Assembly (NCBI GenBank): GCA_963677595.1
Contig: OY782041.1
Span: 1,952,001-2,016,000 of the forward strand
DNA length: 64,000 nucleotides
Direction of reading: 5' to 3'
Source of the DNA: Spirochaetia bacterium
Lineage (GTDB): Bacteria; Spirochaetota; Spirochaetia; CAKZLE01
Of this stretch, positions 56,881 to 64,000 are shown piece after piece; position 1 is the first letter of the stretch, and each line of letters opens with the position of its first letter. The notes under the pieces are model-generated. The model saw only the letters and a program-made list of their open reading frames with translations. It did not search any database and was not told the origin of the DNA. A program made the position numbers and the translations under genes.

Positions 56881-57966
56881 ATGAGAAACGGAGCACCGCT
56901 CGTCTTAGGAGCAGGTAGGTATGTTCAAGGCCCAGGGTTGCTGGCAACCATTGCGAAGGAAGTATCCTACCTGGGTACGAAAGCAGTGATCCTTGCCGAG
57001 GAACTCCCCTGGGATACATTCAAGGACACCATTACCTCAAGTCTGGAGGATGCTTCAATCCCTTATATAGTGTTCCCGTTTTCCGGGTACTGTTCCGATT
57101 CCGTGACTTCAAAACTTGCAGAGGCAGTGAAGCAGGAAGCTGCTGACCTGGTGATAGGGGTTGGCGGCGGCAAGGCGATGGATGCCGCAAAATGGGGTGC
57201 CTATCAAGCTGGTGTGCAGGTGCTGAACGTGCCTACGACCGTCACGACCTGTGCTGCCTCGGTAACCCTTTGTGTCTTATATGATGACGATGGGGCCATG
57301 AATCGAGTGGAATTCACGGACCGGGCTGTCGGTTGCGTTCTCATTGACACCGACCTGATCGTGAACCAGTGTCCTGCCAGGCATTTTGCCGCAGGGATCG
57401 CCGATGCCCTGGCAAAAGAGCCGGAGATGTACTTCAGTGAGAGGTTTGCCCAGAATTGGGAGGACTCAGTACTGCCGACAGCCGGGGCCCTTGTCAGCCA
57501 GTTCACGGCAAGTGAGTATTTCTCGTATGGATTGCAGGCGCTGGAAGACCTGAAAGCCGGGAAGGTGACCGATGCCGTAGATGACGTCGTTGCTTTGAAT
57601 GTTGTCATGACCGGGCTGGTCTCGAGTTTTGCAAGCGGTGGAAAGCAGCTGGCACTGGCTCACTCCCTGTATGACTGCACCACCATCCTGTTCAAGCCGC
57701 AGCGTGCAAAATACCTGCACGGTGAGATCGTCTCCTGTGGAATACCAATCCAGCTTGCAGTCAACGGCTATGATGAGCAGAGGATCAAGTCGGTGATCGA
57801 ATTCCTGAAGAAGTTAGGTACACCGACGAAGCTCAGCGATATCGAGATAAAACCAACAGAGGAGAATATTGAGACTATCCTCAATTACATGTTCACAACC
57901 ATGGATATAAGGGATACAGCGATGCAGGATCGTATTCGTGAGGGCATTAGGCTGATCTCTCATTGA
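56881..57966 (+). CDS. Glycerol dehydrogenase-like (iron-containing ADH family) oxidoreductase
   Basis: RYVQGPG, GVGGGKAMD, VPT, GIADALAK, AHSLYD, LHGEIV. Confidence 0.88.
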   Translation: MRNGAPLVLGAGRYVQGPGLLATIAKEVSYLGTKAVILAEELPWDTFKDTITSSLEDASIPYIVFPFSGYCSDSVTSKLAEAVKQEAADLVIGVGGGKAMDAAKWGAYQAGVQVLNVPTTVTTCAASVTLCVLYDDDGAMNRVEFTDRAVGCVLIDTDLIVNQCPARHFAAGIADALAKEPEMYFSERFAQNWEDSVLPTAGALVSQFTASEYFSYGLQALEDLKAGKVTDAVDDVVALNVVMTGLVSSFASGGKQLALAHSLYDCTTILFKPQRAKYLHGEIVSCGIPIQLAVNGYDEQRIKSVIEFLKKLGTPTKLSDIEIKPTEENIETILNYMFTTMDIRDTAMQDRIREGIRLISH

Positions 57967-58020
57967 GATGGGGAGATATAAGTTTTTCATGTTTGAAAGT
58001 TTCTAAGGAGGAAAAACAAG

Positions 58021-59070
58021 ATGGCAAAAAAACTGTTTTTGTGTGTGTTGATCGTGCTCTGCAGTATCTCACTGGTTACTGCCCAGGGACAAGCAGAGAC
58101 CGCATCGAGTGGGTCGGGGATCCAGCCGATGACGATCACCTTCTCACACCCGGATGTCGTTGATCCTAATCAGCATTCTCAGGGTGGGGCGCTGTTCTTC
58201 AAGGACTATATCGAAGAGAAGTCAGGTGGGGCTATCAAGGTCAACATCCAGGGCGGCGGCGCTCTCGGTGGTTCTGCAGAACTGCAGGAGATGGTCATGA
58301 ACAACACGATCCCGAACCATGTCAGTATCGGGCATACTGAGGGTACGATAGCTCCCGTCTTCCCTGATATCCAGGTGCTTACTATTCCATACCTGTTTGA
58401 TGACGTAGATATGGCGCTCGGCATCATGGATGGCCCGTTCGGCGACAAGCTGTTCGACATGCTGGCTGACAAGACCGGTATCAGGGTCCTTGGGGTCTAT
58501 GATAACGGGTTCCGATCCCTCATGAACAATGTCCGGCCGATCCACACCCCGGCAGATGTGAAAGGCCTGAAGATCCGAGTCATGTCGATCAAGTCGCATC
58601 AGGCGATTATCCAGAATCTTGGCGGTATCCCCATCGTTGTTCCATGGTCAGAACTCTATACAGCACTCCAGACCGGCGTTGTTGACGGCTGCGAGAACTC
58701 ACCACCAACCTTGGTGCTTGGCTCACTCCATGAAGTGAATAAGTACCTGACCCTTGATGGTCATGTATATAGCCAGGTTCATGTAATCGTGAATGATGAT
58801 TGGCTGAATGGTCTTCCTGCAGCAAACAAGAAACTGGTCGAGGACGCCTGTGCGGCAACCGGTATAAAGATCAGAGAACTGATGCTTGAAGAGCAGAAGA
58901 TTGCTTTAGGCATCATCGGGGAGCAGTGTGAGATCTATGACCCGACTCCTGCTGAGAAGGCGATGTTCAGGGAAGCAATCCAGGAACCGGTCAAAGGCCT
59001 TATCGCTGAACTCCTTGATACTCCATCGTTGATCGATGAGATCCTGAAATATGCTGAGGAAGCAAGATAA
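58021..59070 (+). CDS. dctP: TRAP DctP solute-binding protein
   Basis: DNGFR, KGLKIRV, ELYTALQTGVVDGCEN. Confidence 0.92.
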   Translation: MAKKLFLCVLIVLCSISLVTAQGQAETASSGSGIQPMTITFSHPDVVDPNQHSQGGALFFKDYIEEKSGGAIKVNIQGGGALGGSAELQEMVMNNTIPNHVSIGHTEGTIAPVFPDIQVLTIPYLFDDVDMALGIMDGPFGDKLFDMLADKTGIRVLGVYDNGFRSLMNNVRPIHTPADVKGLKIRVMSIKSHQAIIQNLGGIPIVVPWSELYTALQTGVVDGCENSPPTLVLGSLHEVNKYLTLDGHVYSQVHVIVNDDWLNGLPAANKKLVEDACAATGIKIRELMLEEQKIALGIIGEQCEIYDPTPAEKAMFREAIQEPVKGLIAELLDTPSLIDEILKYAEEAR

Positions 59071-59157
59071 TAACATCTAATGTGAAGAGGGCCGGGTTCC
59101 CGATGTGTATACAGCGGCAGCCCGGCTTCCTGATCGAATTCAAACGAGGAGCCTTCT

Positions 59158-59739
59158 ATGGGACCAGTGAAACTAAAACATGGCACGATGCCCGATGCAC
59201 ATAAGGAAACAGCAGATGCTTTCAGGCCCAATAGCAAGGTCTCTGCATTCTTCAAATGGGTCGTGCTTATCTGTGAGAAAATTTGCATGACTATCATCAT
59301 CACGCTCCTGGTCCTGGTCTCTGCTGGTATTTTCCTTCGTATGGTGAATATCGGGATACCCTGGGTCGAGGAGGTCTGTCTCTACCTGATGGTCTGGCTC
59401 GGTATGATTGGTGCTGTAATTCTGGTGGTCGAGGAAGGCCATGTGTGTATCACATTCCTGTTTGAGAAGTTCCCGCTCAGAGTACAGTTGACACTCAAGC
59501 TGGTGTTCGAGGCCCTTATGGTCTATGCCCTGGTCATCTATATCAAGTATGGCTGGGTCTATATGGTCAATGGGAAGAAGACGGCATCGACTTCCCTGCC
59601 TATCACACGGATGATCCCAAATGCAGCTATCCCTGTTGGGGCGGTGTTGATGTCGCTCTGTCTGATTCTCCTGATGGTTCGTGATGTCAGGAGGTTCATA
59701 TGGAGTTATACGAACAGAACCTGGGAACGGGAGGAATAG
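59158..59739 (+). CDS. dctQ: TRAP small permease DctQ
   Basis: PWVEEV..WL..GA..HV; four TM segments. Confidence 0.88.
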   Translation: MGPVKLKHGTMPDAHKETADAFRPNSKVSAFFKWVVLICEKICMTIIITLLVLVSAGIFLRMVNIGIPWVEEVCLYLMVWLGMIGAVILVVEEGHVCITFLFEKFPLRVQLTLKLVFEALMVYALVIYIKYGWVYMVNGKKTASTSLPITRMIPNAAIPVGAVLMSLCLILLMVRDVRRFIWSYTNRTWEREE

Positions 59740-59740
59740 T

Positions 59741-61039
59741 ATGTCACTGATTCTGTCACTTGCGATGTTCATCCTGCTGCTGGGACTGCTGCTCTTCGGC
59801 AGCCCGGTCGCCTATACCATCGGGATCATCGGGACGCTATGGATGCATCTCGGCCAGCTGCCTATCCCGATCATCCCCCAGCGCCTGTTCAACGGCATGA
59901 GCCAGTTCACCCTGATGGCAGTACCGTTCTTCATCCTTGCCGGGAATCTGATGAACTCATCAGGCATAGCCCGGGAACTGGTTTCCTTTGTCAACTTCTT
60001 TCTGGGAAGGTTCAGGGGAGGGCTTGCCCAGGCAAATATCGGGACCAGCCTGATCTTTGCAGGAATCACCGGGGCAGCGATCTCTGATGTCGCGGCGCTC
60101 GGTTCGATCTTCATCCCTGAGATGGAGCGGAACGGGTATTCCCGTTCGTTCTCTTCGGCAGTCACGGCGGCCTCGTCCATTGTGGGGCCGATCATACCGC
60201 CGAGTATCATCATCGTACTCTACAGCTCGGTTACGGGGGTCTCGGTAGGTACGATGTTCATGGCGGCGATCCTGCCGGGTGTAGCGATCGGGCTTACCCA
60301 GATGATCCTTACCTATTTCATCGCACGTAAACGGAACTACCCGAGATACGAGATGGAGAAGATGAGTTTCAAGGCATTCATGGTGGTACTCTCGAGGGCG
60401 ATACTTGCGTTGATCATGCCGGTGATCATCATCGGAGGGGTCGTGTCAGGGATGTTCACCCCGACAGAATCTGCCGCGATCGCAGTACTGTATGCCCTGG
60501 TAGTGGGGAAGTTCGTCTTCAAGAAGATCACGATGAAAGTCTTCCTCGATGACGTCAAAGATACCGTCAGGACGACCGGCATGCTCCTGTTCATCATCGC
60601 TGTCGCCAGTGTCCTCTCCTGGATCCTCAGTTACATCAACCTTCCCGTCATCTTGGCGAACGGCTTGATTGGGATCCTCGGTAATCGATGGCTCGTGTTC
60701 TTTGCGGTAGTGCTGATGCTCATCTTTGTTGGTACCTGGATGGAATCAGGGGCTGCGCTGATCATGCTGGCGCCAGTGTTCTCCCAGGTGCTTGGGGAGC
60801 TCGGGTTCAACCCGATCCATTACGGGGTGGTGATCATCATCACGCTGAACCTCGGCCTGATCACCCCGCCGCTGGGAGTCTGCCTCTTCGCGGTCGCCGG
60901 TGTGGCTCATGAGCGGTTCGAGAAGATCGCGAGGGATATCGTCCCCTACCTGGTAGTGATCATACTGACGATCATCCTGATCGTCATCCTTCCAGACATC
61001 ACATTGTCCCTGCCGAAGCTGTTGGGGATGATCGGATAG
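59741..61039 (+). CDS. dctM: TRAP large permease DctM
   Basis: AVPFFILAG, FAGITGAA, IIPPS, TPTESA, ITPPLG; start MSLIL. Confidence 0.92.
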   Translation: MSLILSLAMFILLLGLLLFGSPVAYTIGIIGTLWMHLGQLPIPIIPQRLFNGMSQFTLMAVPFFILAGNLMNSSGIARELVSFVNFFLGRFRGGLAQANIGTSLIFAGITGAAISDVAALGSIFIPEMERNGYSRSFSSAVTAASSIVGPIIPPSIIIVLYSSVTGVSVGTMFMAAILPGVAIGLTQMILTYFIARKRNYPRYEMEKMSFKAFMVVLSRAILALIMPVIIIGGVVSGMFTPTESAAIAVLYALVVGKFVFKKITMKVFLDDVKDTVRTTGMLLFIIAVASVLSWILSYINLPVILANGLIGILGNRWLVFFAVVLMLIFVGTWMESGAALIMLAPVFSQVLGELGFNPIHYGVVIIITLNLGLITPPLGVCLFAVAGVAHERFEKIARDIVPYLVVIILTIILIVILPDITLSLPKLLGMIG

Positions 61040-61166
61040 GGGTGTCCTGGTAGGCAGCGCACCCTGGTTTGGGGTTCTCTGCACATAATAAGATAATTGG
61101 TTGAGGCAAGAATGCTGGAATTTGGCTTTGTGAAAGTCATAAAAAACATGTTAAAGGAGAGTCGAA

Positions 61167-62306
61167 ATGAAGTTCAAAGTGTTTTGTTTGGTGAGCCTGT
61201 TGATCCTTGGATCGTTATCCCTGGTCTTTGCCGGCGGACAGCAGGAAGCTGCTGAGGAATCTGCAGCTCCGGCAGCGACAACAGAGAAGGCAGCAGCGCC
61301 TGCAGCGGTCCCTGTAGATACCGGTAAGACGTATACGTTAAAGTTCAGCTGGTCGGATCCTGTTGATCCCTTGAAACAATCAACGAGTGGGTATGCCCTG
61401 GTTTTCAAGCAGGAACTGGAGAGACTGTCTGGAGGAAGGATTAAGGTTGAGCTCTATCCATCAGGCCAGCTTGGTGACCAGAGATCCTCGACCGAGCAGG
61501 TTGCCCAGGGAACGATCCAGGCATGTAATATCAGTTCCGGTGTCCTGGCATCACTGTATTACCCGAAACTGGAGATCGTTGACATGCCGTTCCTGTTCAG
61601 TTCACGAGCACATGCTGCTGAGTTCCTTGATGTGAATGACAATCCCTTCATGGCAGATATGGCAAAGGATGTTGCAAAGGAGACCGGTATCAAGCTGTTG
61701 AACGTTATCCCCTTCGGTTACCGGAACCTGACAAACAATGTACGTGAGATCAGGACCCCTGCAGATGTGAAGGGTCTCAAGATCCGGACGATGGAAGTCA
61801 CCCCTCATATGAAGTTGATCGAGGCACTCGGTGGCTCTCCTACACCAATCCCGTTCCTGGAAGTCTATACCAGTCTCCAGACGAATGTCGTTGACGGACA
61901 GGAGAACCCACCCCAGATTATCGAGGTCATGCACTTCTATGAAGTACAGAAGTACATGACGATGACTGGCCATGTCATGGGCGTTGGGGCGACCCTGATG
62001 AATGATGAATGGTACCAGGCACTCCCTGCTGACCTGAAAGCAGCGGTTACCGAAGCTGATGCGACTGCTTCTTTGGTTTACAATGGCTTAGGACAAGTCC
62101 TAGATGCCACCTGCGCAGAGTCCCTGATCGAAAAAGGGCTGCAGATCTACAATCCCACACCTGAGGAACGACAGGCATTCAAGGATGCAACTCAGCCATA
62201 CGTACGAGAGTATATGGTTGACCAGCTTGGTGCAGAGTTTGTTGATGGTTTCCTGGCAGCAGTAGAGGCAACAGCCCAAGAGTTTGCTGACGAAGCAGTA
62301 AGATAA
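61167..62306 (+). CDS. dctP: TRAP DctP solute-binding protein (second)
   Basis: YPSGQLG, GYRN, KGLKIRT, EVYTSLQTNVVDGQEN; Ala/Pro-rich linker after the signal peptide. Confidence 0.92.
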   Translation: MKFKVFCLVSLLILGSLSLVFAGGQQEAAEESAAPAATTEKAAAPAAVPVDTGKTYTLKFSWSDPVDPLKQSTSGYALVFKQELERLSGGRIKVELYPSGQLGDQRSSTEQVAQGTIQACNISSGVLASLYYPKLEIVDMPFLFSSRAHAAEFLDVNDNPFMADMAKDVAKETGIKLLNVIPFGYRNLTNNVREIRTPADVKGLKIRTMEVTPHMKLIEALGGSPTPIPFLEVYTSLQTNVVDGQENPPQIIEVMHFYEVQKYMTMTGHVMGVGATLMNDEWYQALPADLKAAVTEADATASLVYNGLGQVLDATCAESLIEKGLQIYNPTPEERQAFKDATQPYVREYMVDQLGAEFVDGFLAAVEATAQEFADEAVR

Positions 62307-62326
62307 TAGAGCGAATCAAGAAGATC

Positions 62327-62364
62327 GGGATGCCTGGTAGGAGAATCCTCTTACCAGGTATCCC
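62327..62364 (+). terminator. Hairpin after second dctP
   Basis: GGGATGCCTGGTAGGAG..CTCTTACCAGGTATCCC. Confidence 0.55.
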
Positions 62365-62385
62365 CCTCATTGTTGGAGCATACGT

Positions 62386-62886
62386 ATGAGCAAAACAAAA
62401 AAGTCCCCATTTATAGTAATTGTCGAGATCCTCTCCAGTGGTTGTCTTGCAGTCATGTTTATCATTGTGATGCTTGGGATACTGACTCGCTATGTCATGG
62501 TCCGTCCTTTGTTCTGGACTGCCGAGCTTTCACGGTACCTGATGATCTATATGGTATTCATTGGAGGAGCGCTCTCATTCAGGAATGAGAAACACCCCTC
62601 ATTGAATTTCGTGATAGATAAGCTGCCGAAGAAGTATCGGCAAGTGTGGGACTTAGTCATTGATGTCTTTGTTTTGGTCGTGCTGTGTGTGTTCATGTAT
62701 GCCGGGTGGCATATGATCTCACAGAAACTTGTCGGGCGGACCCCCGCATTGCGTGTCTCGTATAGGTTCATCTATCTAGCGATCCCCCTCGGGGGGCTTA
62801 CTATGACCATCGAGACTATTTTGAGGATGATAGGTCGGGTGAAGAAGATCCTGAATCCGCCTGTAGAATCTGCAGAGTTACAGTAA
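62386..62886 (+). CDS. dctQ: TRAP small permease DctQ (second)
   Basis: RYV..WTAELSRY..FIGGA..H. Confidence 0.88.
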   Translation: MSKTKKSPFIVIVEILSSGCLAVMFIIVMLGILTRYVMVRPLFWTAELSRYLMIYMVFIGGALSFRNEKHPSLNFVIDKLPKKYRQVWDLVIDVFVLVVLCVFMYAGWHMISQKLVGRTPALRVSYRFIYLAIPLGGLTMTIETILRMIGRVKKILNPPVESAELQ

Positions 62887-62899
62887 AGGGGTAGAGCAT

Positions 62900-64000
62900 A
62901 TGAGCTTAGAATTGATAGTTTTGTTAACCGTGTTCGTGGTTCTCATGTTCTCAGGAACGCCTCTCTCATTCTCGATGCTGCTGAGCAGTGCGATCTATCT
63001 GCTCATGAGTGGGCAGCCGCTCTATATCCTTGCACACAGGATCTTCACCGGTATCGACACGTTCACCCTGATGGCAATACCGTTCTTCATATTGGCCGCG
63101 GAACTGATGGTCATCTCCGGTACCGCCGAGAAACTTCTCAGGTTCACGAATGTCCTCGTTGGTAGGTTCCATGGCGGACTCGCATATGTGAACATCCTGG
63201 CAAGTATGCTGTTCGGGGGCTGTTCCGGTTCGGCGATAGCCGATGTGGCAGGTTTGGGTATCCTGGAGATCGACATGATGGAAGAGGGCGGGTATGACCG
63301 GCCCTTCAGTACTGCACTGACCATCAGTTCCTCGATTCAGGGGCCATTGATCCCGCCGAGTATCATGATGGTGCTGATCGGGGCAACGACTGGTACCTCG
63401 ATCGGGGCCCTGCTGATCGGTGCTGCCATACCCGGCGTCCTTGTCGGGCTGGCACAGATCCTTGTGGTCTTCGTGATGGGGAAACGGAAAGGGTTCCCCG
63501 TATCCACGATCGTGTACACCCACAAAGAGAAGGTGATGGCCCTGTTTGCCGCGATCCCGTTCATGCTCATGCCGATCATCATCCTTGGCGGTATCCTGGG
63601 AGGTTTTGTTACCCCCACCGAGGCATCTGCCCTTGCTGTGGCATATGGGCTGCTCCTGGTCCTCATATTCGGGAGGAAGACGGTAAAGCTCAGGGACTTG
63701 AGAAGACTGCTCTATAATTCCGTGATCGTAGCAGCCAGTATCCTGCTGCTGTCCGGGGCTTCGAACATCTTCGGCTGGATCCTGTCAACGGAGCAGGTCC
63801 CTATGATGCTGTCAAACGGCCTGATGTCCATCACGAACAGTAAATACCTCATCCTCACGATCATCATGGTATTCCTGCTGGTCTGGGGGATGTTGATGGA
63901 CAGCCTCCCGGCGATCCTGATCCTGTCCCCGATCCTTTTCCCCATAGCCACGAAGATCGGTCTGGACCCGATACATTTCGGTGTCCTGCTTGGATTCAAC
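62900..64000 (+). CDS. dctM: TRAP large permease DctM (second; runs off window end)
   Basis: Not in ORF track (no stop in window). Manual translation MSLELIVLL..AIPFFILAAELM..LFGGCSGSAIAD..LIPPS..TPTEAS..DPIHFG. Confidence 0.88.
   Translation, partial: MSLELIVLLTVFVVLMFSGTPLSFSMLLSSAIYLLMSGQPLYILAHRIFTGIDTFTLMAIPFFILAAELMVISGTAEKLLRFTNVLVGRFHGGLAYVNILASMLFGGCSGSAIADVAGLGILEIDMMEEGGYDRPFSTALTISSSIQGPLIPPSIMMVLIGATTGTSIGALLIGAAIPGVLVGLAQILVVFVMGKRKGFPVSTIVYTHKEKVMALFAAIPFMLMPIIILGGILGGFVTPTEASALAVAYGLLLVLIFGRKTVKLRDLRRLLYNSVIVAASILLLSGASNIFGWILSTEQVPMMLSNGLMSITNSKYLILTIIMVFLLVWGMLMDSLPAILILSPILFPIATKIGLDPIHFGVLLGFN

Overview
Gene-dense, fairly GC-rich bacterial chromosome segment, probably from an anaerobic Spirochaetia (Sphaerochaeta-like). 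That assignment is inferred only from solute-binding-protein N-termini such as 'LFAAGAQE', 'VFAGGQQE' and 'VTAQGQAE'. Contents in order: (1) a polyphosphate operon, ppk1-CHAD-ParA-CYTH-NUDIX; (2) typA; (3) an unannotated 48-codon Tyr-rich ORF, an ArsR-tail regulator and a tyrosine phenol-lyase/tryptophanase-family lyase; (4) a 12-gene Mbx/MBS-type (Mrp + complex-I-like, non-NiFe) membrane oxidoreductase with a fused H-H' subunit and a NuoI-GltD fusion, followed by an ArsR; (5) a stressosome locus (PAS-RsbR, S, T, X) with a hybrid kinase and an HD-GYP output; (6) an orphan HigA, CMD, MFS and nitronate monooxygenase-family gene; (7) a TAXI-TRAP system with two binding proteins; (8) an Rpn nuclease followed by extra Rpn-tail modules; (9) rrf2-cysK-metY-metA; (10) a ROK/ABC/2xGH31 operon resembling cycloalternan catabolism; (11) a GntR-controlled catabolic cluster with two DHDPS-like aldolases, an SDR, a GldA-like dehydrogenase and two TRAP systems. 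No rRNA, tRNA, CRISPR array or IS element was recognised. All calls come from motif recognition by eye; no searches were run.
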